Positions 36,071 through 47,835 of a stretch of 64,000 bases of DNA are shown piece after piece (within the stretch, counting starts at the first letter, position 1; the number at the start of each line of letters is the position of its first letter). Made by a program: the position numbers and the translations under genes. The DNA is taken from the NCBI GenBank assembly GCA_052327205.1, contig CM126213.1:33790001-33854000 (forward strand). Reading direction: 5' to 3'. Under the pieces are notes generated by a model. That model was not told the DNA's origin and made no database searches. It saw only the letters and a program-made list of their open reading frames with translations. The DNA comes from Somniosus microcephalus (Eukaryota).

Positions 36071-36179
36071 CGCATAGAGTTTGCAGACAGATGACTGTAC
36101 ATGTGTGACTTGTTGAAGACAAGTGTTTAACTCCCTTTGCACTCCATCCTCTCCTTAAAGCGTCAACTCCTCACTGAGG

Positions 36180-36325
36180 AACATAAGTGGGCTACTCAGT
36201 CCCTTGAGCCTGTTCCGTCTTTTCATTAGATTGTGGCCGTTCTGTACCTTGACTCCGTCTACCCGCCTTGGTTCCGCACCCCTTAACACCCTTGCCTAAC
36301 AAAAATCTTATCAATCTCAGATTGA
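36180..36325 (-). mobile_element. Degenerate CR1 3' tail
   Basis: cccttgagcctgttccg…ccttgcctaacaaaaatc. Confidence 0.7.
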
Positions 36326-36424
36326 TGCCGGGTGCAATCGGACAGTTAGGGTTACCTCGCCCAAGTGTGTGAGGCCTTGGAATGTGGAGGACATCAGAAC
36401 CCGTCCGGTTCCCACACGCAGCCG

Positions 36425-36680
36425 CACTTCTAGCTAGGAGTCTGGAGTACAGCGACCAGGAGCAGGATCCCTGGCCCAATTTTATTTATTTAATTCCCTC
36501 CTTCACTCACACGGCGGTGCTGAGGCCAATGCTAATGTACCGAGTGCCACCCACCACCACCGCCCCCTGCCCCAACTGAAGTCAGCTCGACTCAGCAGTG
36601 ATCAGGCTGGAACCTGGGACCTTTCCGCTCTGCATGGATCGGAGGGGGGGATACCTCACCACCAGCAACTGAGCAATTAG
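36425..36680 (-). mobile_element. Old tRNA-derived SINE-like repeat
   Basis: gcgaccaggagcaggatccctggc…gctgaggccaat…tcagctcgactcagca…ggaacctgggacctt. Confidence 0.55.
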
Positions 36681-37689
36681 GGGACACTGCTGTCTGGCGA
36701 CAGTGAATTGGTTTGTGTGTGAGGGAGGTTAAGTGGGGAAGAGGTTGTGGAAGAAGGTGGAGTAAATTGGGCAAGAATTGTTAAGTCATATTTGTGGGTG
36801 GACGTGCTCAATGTGTGTTGGACAGTACATGAATATATAATATGATTATTGGGGTTATAGTTGGGTGTTGCATGTTGTCACCTGATGAATGTTTATACTT
36901 TGACTGCAGGTGTGAATGCCTGCTTGTGTCCGTGCGTGTCTACATGAGCGATATGCATGAGCAGCCTATCATTTCCCTAAATCCCTTGATTACACTAACC
37001 AAAGTGGGCATTTTGCGACAAAATAAAATGTTTCAGTAAGCATTGTAATTAAGAAAGGCTGACAGAAGGATGACCTATTCTAATTATCGTGCCTGCTGCA
37101 CTCTTAGTGTAGGGACAGGTGCTGAATCGCAAAGTCACCAACTTATAAAATGGCCACCAGCTGATCGGACTAAGCAGTCAGGCAAAACATGGGGTTACAA
37201 GGATAAAGTGTTTTTTAAGAAATCTCATTAACCAGGTGACTCCACTAAGCAGATTCTATCGTGTATTCGCTAATGTGACTTTTTAATCAGCTGCCTTCTG
37301 ACTTTGTACCTGTCTCTGGCACACTAACATTAACGGGCTGTGGCTCACATTCGGAGGAGGCCCTTGAGGAAACTTTGGCGTTCTGGTACGAGGGTGAGGA
37401 TTTGGCAAGAGGCCAGAGATACGGGTGTTGGGGTTAATTTGTCCTTCAGCCAGAATGGAGAGACCACAGGTTCATTAGGCCTCCAGACAACACAGAAGCA
37501 CCTCAGTTACTACCAGACATTAGGTCCCTTACCTGGGAGTTATCTGAGACTGACCATCTGTCCCTCTGCGTGCATGGGTGCTACATTGGAAAGGAATTTG
37601 CAATAACAAGTCCAGTTTGAACTCCACCCCCACCCCCTACGAAACGCTAATGTGCTCCTTTGGTGATTTGTAAGGGGAACTAAGTCTTG

Positions 37690-38080
37690 CAGACCAGGCA
37701 GATCCCAGGTTCTCCTCCCCACCCCCTCCCTCTCCCCCCCGCCCTCTGTCACTGTATTGATTTATTGATCTTCCCTCTGTCACTGTATTGATTTATTGAT
37801 CTTATTTGGATGGACAGTGCCTCTGAGAGGAAAGTGAGCTAGTGTTTCTGCTCCTGCGATCCTGTGATCACCCTGCCCCGCCCCTACACATTCCCCAACT
37901 GGCTGGAAAACCAGTGTATGGGCATCAGCGGAGGATCTTGGTTGTGATGATCACTGCAGTCAAATAGCCCGCTGACACTCAGTGCCGAGACACGCACATG
38001 GAGAATAGCACGTGGCCACCTGTGGATCTGGAACCCAAGTGGAACCATTGCCTTCAGGGAGAAGAGGAGGGAACACTGGG
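37690..38080 (+). mobile_element. Old SINE-like repeat, degenerate
   Basis: gatcccaggtt…tttctgctcctg…aatagcccgctgacactcagtg…gccttcagggagaagaggagg. Confidence 0.5.
37742..37803. repeat. Perfect 31-bp tandem duplication
   Basis: ccctctgtcactgtattgatttattgatctt twice. Confidence 0.97.
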
Positions 38081-39324
38081 GAAATTTATTTTTAAAGCTT
38101 CACTCTATTATCTTTTTTCTCTCTCTCTCTCGTTTCAAAGTCTCATTCCAAGATTGCCTTTTTAATCCTAAACCCCGCCCTCTCATTTCCTTACCAAGCC
38201 TTCACCTTGCTCCCCCAGATACAGTCAGAGGGCAAACTATGATGATAGAATTTTGGCTTCGGCTGAAGTATTCTTCAACTCCCAAAGGATTGGAGAATTT
38301 GACCCCCAAGTTAGTCGAGGATAAAGAAAACGCAGAGCCCCTCCCTCCCGCCCCCCGCCGCCCCCCCCCCCCCATCCCACCCCTCTCTCTGAAGCAGGAG
38401 TTGACTCTGTAGAGCTGACTAAACTGCTGGCTCCTTCCTCAGGACTCCCAAACAGGCGGTTAAGGGAGCGGGGCGGGTGAGTGATGGCGAGAATAGCTGG
38501 CGCCGTGGGATGTCGAGACATCAGTCGCCATTAGCCGCGCTCCACTCCAGTAAACGGCAACGGCCCCCGGTAAGAAATTGGGTGGCGTCCGAACAGTGCA
38601 TATAAATATTTTTTTTTTAAAACCCCGCGGTTGGCTGCGGCTGGTTTTTGGAGCCAGAGCTTGGTACCTGGCGGAGTGCGGGCCAGGTTCTGCCTGCCCT
38701 CTGCAGAATTAATGCCAGATGAACCCTCAGATCTTTTGATTTAAAGAAGGCCCCATGGCTTTAGGAAGATTACAGTGCTGGTGGGGGGAGAACAAAATAG
38801 AAAAAATCCCGGGGAATGGGGCCGACCAATTTTTCATGAAATTTGATAGGCCACAAATCACCAGTCTAATGCCTGTAGTTAAAATACATCGAAAAGCCTA
38901 ATACTGTATAAATTAAGAAATTCCACTGCACTCCCAGATTCAGATCCTCAGGGAACAGCTCTTTTTTTTTAAAAAAAGGCATTTTACATTCTCTTTAAAT
39001 ATATATGATGTAAAAACATAAAGTAGAATCTTAAATTTAGAAGCTTAGCCAGAAGCTCAACACTTAGCTGTGGCAGAACGCCACTGGTCATAAAAAAGAA
39101 AGCACTGATTTTGTAACCCGAGACTTCTTTGCTTAGCGCAGTATAGAGCTCTGATTGAATAGTGAACTTAAGTTGCACCTTACTGTACTGAGACAGGGGG
39201 GGAGAGCTGGTTTGTGGGGCGGGGGGGAGCCTTCACTCTCCAAACTGTCAGAATAAATAAGCATTCCGGCAGTTCATCTGATTAACTCTTTCACAGCCGA
39301 GGCTTGCACCCCGATGCGTGACAA

Positions 39325-39535
39325 CCATGGCTGAGTGGGGAGAACGATTGTCTACTGAGTCAGAAGGTCGTGGGTTTGAAGTCCCACTCCAGAGACTTGA
39401 GCATGGAATATAGGCTGACACTCCCAGTGCAGTACTGAGGGAGTGCTGCACTGTTGGAGGGGGAGGGGGGGCGAGAGGGTGCTGTCTTTTGGATGAGACG
39501 TTAAACCGAAGCCCTCTCTGACCACTCGGGCTCAC
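39325..39535 (+). mobile_element. Deu-SINE 5' part
   Basis: ctgagtcagaaggtcgtgggtttgaagtcccactccagagacttgagc…ggatgagacgttaaaccga. Confidence 0.85.
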
Positions 39536-39661
39536 TGGTGAAGAATAGTGCAGAGTCTTAGGTTGGTTTCTCTCTTAGCAATGTGTTCCAATTTTTTTTG
39601 TAAATTAGCTTGCTGACTGCTGCTCCAAAGATGGTAGGGGGGTGGGGTGGGGGGAGGCGGT

Positions 39662-40885
39662 GGGGGTGAAGTCAGTCCGACAGGTGAGGGGGGGGTGGGA
39701 AGTCCGACAGGTGGGGGGGGGGGAGTCAGTCCGACAGGTGAGGGGGGAGAAGTCAGTCCGACAGGTAAGGGGGGGGGAGTCGGTCCGACAGGTGAGGGGG
39801 GAGAAGTCAGTCCGACAGGTAATGGGGGGGGAGTCAGTCCGACAGGTGAGGGGGGAGAAGTCAGTCCGACAGGTGGTGGGGGGGGAGTCAGTCCGACAGG
39901 TGAGGGGTGCGGGGAGTCAGTCCAACAGGTGAGGGGGGGGGGAGTCGGTCCGACAGGTGAGGGGGGGAAGTCAGTCCGACAGGTGAGGGGGGGGATGTCA
40001 GTCCGACAGGTGGGGGGGTGAGTCAGTCCAACAGGTGAGGTGGGGGGAGTCAGTCCGACAGGTGAGGGGGGGAGATGTCAGTCCAAAGGGTCCAACAGGT
40101 AAGGGGGGGGTGGGAAGTCCGACAGGTAAGGGGGGGTGGGACATCCGACAGGTGAGGGGGGGGAGTCATTCCGACAGGTGAGGGGGGGAGTCACTCTGAC
40201 AGGTGAGGGGGGGAGTCAATCCGACAGGTGAAGGGGGGGGAGTCAGTCCGACAGGTGAGGGGGGGAGTCAGTCCGACAGGTGAGGGGGGGAGTCAGTCCG
40301 ACAGGTGAGGGGGGGGAGTCAGTCCGACAGGTGAAGGGGGGGGAGTCAGTCCAACAGGTGAGGGGGGGAGTCAGTCTGACAGGTGAGGGGGGGGAGTCAG
40401 TCCGACAGGTGAAGGGGGGGGAGTCAGTCCAACAGGTGAGGGGGGGAGTCAGTCTGACAGGTGAGGGGGGGGAGTCAGTCCGACAGGTGAGGGAGGGAGT
40501 CAGTCCAACAGGTGAGGGGGGGAGTCAGTCCGACAGGTGAGGGGGGGAGTCACTCCGACAGGTGAGGGGGGGAGTCAGTCCGACAGGTGAGGGGTGGGGG
40601 GAATCAGTCCGACAGGTGAGGGGGGGGAGTCACTCCGACAGGTGAGGGGGGGAGTCAGTCCGACAGGTGAGGGGGGGAGTCAGTCCGACAGGTGAGGGGG
40701 GGAGTCAGTCCGACAGGTGAGGGGGGGAGTCAGTCCGACAGGTGAGGGGTGGGGGGAGTCAGTCCGACAGGTGAGGGGTGGGGGGAGTCAGTCCGACAGG
40801 TGAGCGGGGGGGGGGAGTCAGTCCGACAATGAGGGGGGGAGTCAGTCCGACAGGTGAGGGGGGGAAGTAGTCCGACAGGTGAGGG
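39662..40885. repeat. G-rich minisatellite, about 46 units of about 25-29 bp
   Basis: Unit consensus AGTCAGTCCGACAGGTGA followed by a G-run of about 6-10; counted by eye. Confidence 0.97.
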
Positions 40886-41282
40886 AATGGGGTGAGGGGA
40901 GGGAGGGAGGGGGAGAGGTGCAGAAGTTGCACCGTGCCGAATGGTCCTGCGGGGTCAGGTGCTGGCAGGGCTGTTGGACATTCCCGAGCGTGAAGTCGTA
41001 CACTGTCATAAAAGGGGAGTGAGGGAAAAAAATAGGACGATGCATGTTCAACAGATACGACGTGTCGCCCTTTGTAACTGAGCAGGAAGCCTTTCTAACC
41101 AGGCCCAGCTCTGGATGGGTCGGTGCCTTTTGTTACGCAATCACTTCCTTTTTAGTCAGATTGACTCCCTCTAACCCCACAGTAACGTACTACACAGCAC
41201 ACTGCCTTCAGTGTCAGAGGTCAGATCCGCCAGGCACCATTTCACCGTTCCGTTTCTACCCTGTGCTTTCCACCAAATCCAG

Positions 41283-41360
41283 TCAACAACAACTTGAATT
41301 CATATAGCGCCGTTATCGTGATAAAACGTCCCAATGAGCATTATCAAACAAAGTTTGCCA
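41283..41360 (-). mobile_element. L2 3' tail fragment
   Basis: caacaacaacttgaattcatatagcgcc…aaaacgtccca. Confidence 0.7.
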
Positions 41361-42609
41361 GAAAGCCACTACAACAATGCCTTTGAAGAGTGGCTGACAA
41401 TCGGATACCATGGCAACTGGCGTCCAGGCTGGGCAGTCCACTTACTCTCCACTCAAACCGCAATTTTTTTCTTTAATTCCACAGCGCATACTTAATGTTT
41501 GGCTGAGACAGTGAGCCACATTTTTTTTTATATTTAAAGGAAACAAAACAAAAAACGTTCTTAACAGAAAGAGAAAAAAAATACCACTACAAGGGAGGGG
41601 AAAAAAAGTTTGTCCAACTGAATGGTTTTCAGATGTGGGCTGGTCTTCTTCTCGTTACCACCACAGCAGCGTTTGTTTACTGATGGCCTACTCGGGGCGA
41701 TGGAGATCACTGCCGCCCCCTTATAGTAAACCACAAGCTGGGACCCACAGCCAAATCCTCTGGTTTTCCAGGTGGGATATCTTGGCCCGTCATTTAAGCT
41801 GCCGAGTGCTGTCGCCGATTACAGTCGGCAAAAGTCCAGGAACGATGAGCCAAATACCGAGAGCCGTTTGTGCTCCACCTACCCGGAGAAGAGAAAATCG
41901 CTGACTCCCTTCTCCTTTGGATGTGTTGCAGATTGGCTGAACCCTCTAAGCCTCCACACCACATTTTACACAAACACACACACACACACGAGGATTTAGC
42001 CAAATTCTAATTTTCCAGGTTAACAGCCTCAGACATGATTCCTGGATTAGCTGAGCAAGCAGTTTGGCTAAAAATGCAAAGCAAAAAGAAATAAATGTTA
42101 GCCAAAGAGAAGAGATGACGACATCACACTTGGCTCCCAGTTAGCTGATGGCAGTTTGAGAAAGCTATGTGTGTGCGTATTGGCCATATTCCCTGTTTTT
42201 TTTCCCCAAAGTGCAGACAGTAAAAGGCGACCAAGGGAGTCACCACAACTTTACCACAAGAAAAATGTCAAGTTTTGCCCAAGGAAAATGAACAAAAAAA
42301 GGGAGTGATTCCGTCTCTGTGAGGAGATAAAGGCAGCTGTGTTCAAGCAACCATTCCATTACTAAGACAGCAATTACTCGGGTGCCTGAATTGTCTTGTC
42401 TGCTACTCAGAGTCACCTCAGAGCAGGGAGCAGTGGACTAACGGAGTTGCATTGATGGCAAAACAAAAAGAAAATGGTCAAGAATTCCAGAAACAAGATG
42501 GTTGATGGCCTTTAAGGGTTGCAAGCAGAATTCCATGCTGCACTTCTTTAAGGTGGCTTGTCAAGGGGAATGATGTCAGCTCTGAGGAATGGGGCAGTCT
42601 TCTACTTAC

Positions 42610-43323
42610 CTTGGTGTCATATTTGACCCTGAAATGAGCTTCCGGCCACATATCCGCAGCATAACTAAGACCGCCTATTTCCACCTCCGTAACATCGCCC
42701 GTCTCCGCCCTTGCCTCAGCTCATCCGCTGCTGAAACCCTCACCCATGCCTTTGTTACCTCTAGACTTGACTATTCCAACGCACTCCTGGCTGGCCTCCC
42801 ACGTTCTACCCTCTGTAAACTTGAGGTGATCCAAAACTTGGCTGCCCGTGTCCTAACTCGCACCAAGTCCCATTCGCCCATCACCCCTGTGCTCGCTGAC
42901 CTACATTGGCTCCCGGTTAAGCAGCGCCTCGATTTCAAAATTCTCATCCTTGTTTTCAAATCCCTCCATGGCCTCGCCCCTCCCTATCTCTGTAATCTCC
43001 TTCAGCCCCACAACCCCCCACCGAGATATCTGCGCTCCTCTAATTCTGCCCTCTTGAGCATCCCTGATTATAATCGCTCAACCTTTGGTGGCCTGCTGCC
43101 TAGGCCCTAAGCTCTGGAATTCCCTGCCTAAACCTCTCCGGCTTGCTACCTCTCTTTCCTCCTTTAAGACGCCCCTTAAAACCTACCTCTTTGACCAAAC
43201 CTGCCCTAATCTCTCCTTATGTGGCTCGGTGTCAAAGTTTTTGTCTTAAAACACTCCTGCGCAGTGTCTTGGGGCGTTTTACTACGTTGAAGGCGCTATA
43301 TAAATACAAGTTGTTGTTGTTGC
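42610..43323 (+). mobile_element. L2 LINE 3' fragment with ORF2 C-terminus
   Basis: ORF 42589..43110 LGVIFD…HAFVTSRLDYSNALL…HITPVLADLHWLPV-type motif…FKILILVFK; (TTG)n tail. Confidence 0.95.
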
Positions 43324-43889
43324 TGTTCTACCACCCAGTGTTAGCTTCATGTGTCCCAAGTCAGTCAGCTTCAGCGCCGCCTCCATGCAGGGAGAAGCTC
43401 CTTTTACCCTGCCAAAACTATTGGCTTCAGCCCCAACCTCAGAACAGTGCGCACCGTTTTTTTTCACACTCCCTACACCCAGCCATCCTTGTAGCTTTTC
43501 TGAATGAGATGGTCAGTTTAGCTCCAGTCTGTGTTTTTTTTTAAAAGAGGTTTAAACAAGTGGTTGAAAATGTAGTCATTAACTCAAAAAATTCGCTGGA
43601 ACTCATATTCGGTGTACTTTTTGGGCCAGGAAATGGGCGACATCAGGGAAATTTAAGGACGCAGTGTGAAAAAGAGATTCAAAAGCAGCGATTTCTCAAA
43701 CGTTTATTTACTGGATTAAGGAGCGAGAAAGTGTTCCCTTAATCTTGGTGTAAAACGGTTTGCACAACAATTCTCTGTGAGCTGACCTTTTAAAACATTG
43801 GGAAGACTGAAACCATCGTCTTTGGCCTCCGCCACAAACTCTGCACCCTTGCCACTGATTCCATCCCCCTTCCCCGGCGGCTTCTGCCT

Positions 43890-44175
43890 CATAAAAACAT
43901 AGAAGATAGGAGCAGGAGTAGGCCATTCGGCCCCTCAAGCCTGCTCCGCCATTCAATGCGATCATGGCTGATCATCCAAATTCAGTACCCTGTCCCTGCT
44001 TTCTCCCCATATCCCTTGATCCCTTTAGCCTTAAGAAATATATCTAACTCCTTCTTGAATATATTTAATGAATTGGCCTCTACGGCCCTGTGTGGTAGAG
44101 AATTCCACAGGTTCACCACTCTCTGGGTGAAGAAATTCCTCCTCATCTCAGTCCTAAATGGCTTACCCCTTATCT
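43890..44175 (-). mobile_element. CR1 3' fragment (young subfamily)
   Basis: ORF 43982..44206 PFRTEMRRNFFTQRVVNLWNSLP; nearly the same as 46477-46770. Confidence 0.93.
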
Positions 44176-44760
44176 TCAGCCTCAAGCTGAACCAGACTGT
44201 TGGCAAGCTTTGACCTCAAGCTGAGCTTCTGACCCCACATTCTCTCCATCACAAGGACGGCCTACTTCCACCTCAGGAGCATCGCCCACCTTTGCTCCAC
44301 CTCAGCCCACCTATGGCTGAAAGGCTCACCCTTGCCGTTGCCACATCCAGGCTCGAATATTCCAAAGCTCATCTTCCCGTCTTCCACACTCTGTAAACTT
44401 CAGCTCATCCAAAACTCTGCTGCCTGTATCTCATTCCGCACTGAGTCCCGTTTCGCCCATCAATCCTGTCCTCGCTGACCTACAATGGCTCCCGCTCCCC
44501 CAGTGTCTCCCAATTTTAAATTCTCACCCTTGTGTTTAAATCCCTTCATGGCTTCGCCCTTCCCTATCTCTGTCGACCACTCCAGCCCTAACCCCTCAGA
44601 ACACTCAGTTTCTCTGACTCTGGCCTCTTGTACATCCCTTCCCTCCCTTCAGTGCACCGTTGGCAGCCGTGCCTATAGCTGTCTAGACTCCGCGCTCTGG
44701 AATTCCCATCCTAAACCCTTCCCGCCTCTCTCCTCCTTGCAGACCCTCCTTAAGACCCTC
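44176..44760 (+). mobile_element. Older L2 fragment
   Basis: Degenerate match to 42610-43200 (cctacttccacctc…atccaaaactctgctgcc…cctcgctgacctaca). Confidence 0.8.
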
Positions 44761-44769
44761 GCCATTACC

Positions 44770-44945
44770 AGTGTGGGGCCTAGGTGGCTGAAGGCACGGA
44801 GGCCAAAGGCGGGGCAAAGACTGAGGTGGGGCAGGGGGAGGGTAGAACATCCATAAGAGACCAGAGTCAGAGCAACGGATAGTTTGGGGAGGAGGAGGGA
44901 TTGTGGTGCTGGAGTAGATTAGAGAGCGCGGGAGAGGGGAGGCCT
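44770..44945 (-). mobile_element. Older L2 fragment, inverted
   Basis: ggcctaggtggctgaaggcacgg…. Confidence 0.55.
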
Positions 44946-45809
44946 CTCCATTATGTTGCCCAGCACCAGATTCACAAAGGGACACAGACAGGGCCCCAAA
45001 GCCTGGCACTCGATTTAAACCGCCCGCCCCAAAACAGCCCTGGCAAAGCCGGGCTCCCCCAGCTAGTATATAATATATATACACATTCACACTGGTACTT
45101 TTGCAGATAAGAGCCAGGGTTGAGCAGCGTCTGTTGATTGGCTGAATGAGCACTCGGTCACTGTATATTAAGTTTTGTTTGTTTTTCTCCGCCATGGTAA
45201 TTTCATGGCAAGCGACTGTAACCATGAGTGGCAGAGGAAGTAATCTGGATATAATGCCGCATGCTCACAGGTCATGAAATTATCTCCAGTAACTACTTCT
45301 GCATGCTCATAAGTGGCTGGTTTTAAAAAAAAAGTGAGACAGGAAGCTGTGGCTACCGCATATTGGTTCAGCTCAGGGTTATAAAGAACTGTCTGGAGTT
45401 AATTAACTATCTGTCCAGCTTCACCAGCAGAATTTTTTTTTAAAAAACAAGGAGGGGAAGAGACAAAATCACACCTGTCCCTGAGACAGGTATTAGAGAA
45501 TTATTCCAATATTCCAATTAAACTCGGCACTGCCCTGAATACCAAGGGATATCAGATCAGTAGTGCAGCGGCTCGCAGCTGAATTAATGATTGCCTCGCT
45601 GATTGAGTTGAGCTCTGCTACGATATTCTTGCTAATTTCTTTGCTTTTGTTTCAGTGGCGTTCCTTTAAATAGTTCTCGACCAGTAACTGTTGATGCAGG
45701 CTGGGCCAGGCTGCAGTATTTTTGCTCCATGCTCAGGCAGGCAGGTCAGTTAGTGTAGGCTTTTAAAAAAAAACTATCCCTTAACTTTCGAATATCACTC
45801 ATTTTCCCT

Positions 45810-46162
45810 GCCCGCTCCCCATCTCGGTAACCTCCTCTAACCCCACAACCCTCCGAGATCTCTGCGCTCCTCCAATTCTGGCCTGCTGCGCATCCCCGAT
45901 TTTACCCGCTCCACCATTGGCGGCCGTGCCTTCAGCTGCCTAGGCCCTAAGCTCTGGAATTCCCTCCCTAAACCTCTCCGCCTTGCACCCCTCATTTAAT
46001 ACGCTCTTTAGAACCTACCTCTTTGACCAAGCTTTTGGCCACTTGTCTTAATATCCCCTTACATGGCTCGGTGTCAAAATTTTGTTTGATAACGCTCCTG
46101 TGGAGCACCTTGGGACGTTTCACTACATTAAAGGCGCTATATAAATGCAAGTCGTTGTTGCT
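45810..46162 (+). mobile_element. L2 LINE 3' end
   Basis: ccccacaaccctccgagatctctgcgctcctccaattctggcc…ttaaaggcgctatataaatgcaagtcgttgttg. Confidence 0.92.
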
Positions 46163-46264
46163 CCAGCAGTCGGACAGCCTGACAAGCTGGTAAAGTGGCG
46201 GCTTGGTTTGGGGGGTCACTGTCCATCTTCCGGAAAAAGGCATTGCAGGTTTCCGTGATCGCTC

Positions 46265-46476
46265 GGCTGGTGAGCCACTGAGCCAGACGGGCCAGCAGAG
46301 AGCAACTGTGCTGAGTTAGCTGATATTGCTGCGGTGGCTGGAGGGGGCGTCAGGGTATTGGAAATTGCCCCAGATTCCTGCTCCTGATCACCGTTGAGCT
46401 TTATACTGTCCTCGCCCATGCATTTCTAGGCGGGGGTCACTGGATAGTGATTAGGAAGAGGCTCTTTGGCTAGTTT
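46265..46476. mobile_element. Two adjacent fragments of the old SINE-like repeat in opposite orientations
   Basis: Plus strand ctgtgctgagttagctgat…cctgctcctgatca; minus strand ggggtcactggatagtgatt. Confidence 0.45.
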
Positions 46477-47413
46477 AGAAACATAGAAACATAGAAGATA
46501 GGAGCAGGAGTAGGCCATTCGGCCTCTCGAGCCTGCTCCGCCATTCAATGCGATCATGGCTGATCATCCAAATTCAGTACCCGGTCCCTGCTTTCTCCCC
46601 ATACCCCTTGATCCCTTTAGCCTTAAGAAATATATCCAACTCCTTCTTGAATATATTTAATGTATTGGTCTCTACTGCCTTCTGTGGTAGAGAATTCCAC
46701 AGGTTCACCACTCTCTGGGTGAAGAAATTCCTCCTCATTTCTGTCCTAAATGGCCTACCCCTTATCCTTAGACTGTGACCCCTGGTTCTGGACTCCCCGA
46801 CCATCGGGAACATCCTCCCTGCATCTAGTCTGTCCAGTCCTGTCAGAATTTTATAAGTTTCAATGAGATCCCCTCTCATTCTTCTAAACTCCAGCGAGTA
46901 CAAGCCCAATTGTCCCAATCTCTCCTCATACGTCATTCCTGCCATCCCAGGTATCAGCGTGGTGAATCTTCGCTGCACTCCCTCCATGGCAAGAACATCC
47001 TTCCTCAGATAAGGCGACCAAAACTGCACACAATACTCAAGATGTGGTCTCACCAAGGCCCTGTACAACTGCAGCAAGACATCCTTGTTCCTGTACTCAA
47101 ACCCTCTCGCTACGAAGGCCAACATACCATTTGCCTTCTTAACCGCCTGCTGCACCTGCATGCTTACCTTCAGCGACTGGTGCACAAGGACACCCAGGTC
47201 TCGTTGCAATTCCCCTTCTCCCAATCTATTGCCATTTCGATAATAATCTGCCTTCCTGTTTTTGCCACCAAAGTGGGTAACCTCACATTTATCCACTTTA
47301 TATTGCATCTGCCATACTTCTGCCCAATCACCCAACCTGTCCAAATCATCCTGTAGTTTCTCAGCATCCTCCTCACAGCACACACGCCCACCCAGCTTTG
47401 TGTCGTCTGCAAA
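46477..47413 (-). mobile_element. CR1 LINE, 5'-truncated at the FADD motif, remaining ORF2 uninterrupted
   Basis: ORF 46574..47383 (269 aa) extends upstream to FADDTKLGG; (ctatgttt)-type tail; possible agttt TSD. Confidence 0.97.
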
Positions 47414-47502
47414 GTTTTCGTTTGTGTCTACCTAATCCAGAAAATCTCCAATGAACAACACCTTTGCTATAAGCCACCTTACTTGCCAAAGAATTCAAGG
47501 TA

Positions 47503-47835
47503 CGGAAACTTTGTGCTATCCGGCACCGACGGGACCGAGCTGTTGCCGTTCCCTCAAAACTGCCGGACACACCAGCGCTGGTGTTGAAACATAGGGAGAT
47601 TTTCAGCTCCGTGTGAATCAACAAACCCTGTTGCTTAGCAACAGCTTCTAAACAGTCGGCAAGCGTCTCTGTAGCGTCTCTAGCTGAAGCTGTTGCTTAG
47701 CTACAGACCTTGCACAGCTTGACTGTTGAGAAAAAAGCAACGGAAAGAAAAAAAAACTAACGAAACGGCTCCTGACTTTTGCCGGTGGCTCGAGCTTGCC
47801 GGACATTTAGCCTCCGGATAACACAAAGTTTCCTG
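47503..47835. mobile_element. Tc1/mariner (Tigger/pogo-like) MITE with TA TSD
   Basis: TA|cggaaactttgtgctatccgg … ccggataacacaaagtttcctg|TA; TIRs of about 22 bp. Confidence 0.75.
47628..47706. promoter_or_regulatory. Paired RFX X-box-like palindromes
   Basis: ctgttgcttagcaacag (47628-47644) and ctgttgcttagctacag (47690-47706). Confidence 0.4.

Noticed and set aside
39642-40885. CRISPR array, or the repetitive ORFs (GGESVRQVR / GVSPTGE)n
   Set aside because: The 'spacers' are only variable G-runs, there are no cas genes and the context is eukaryotic. The ORFs shift frame with G-run length, so they are by-products of the minisatellite.
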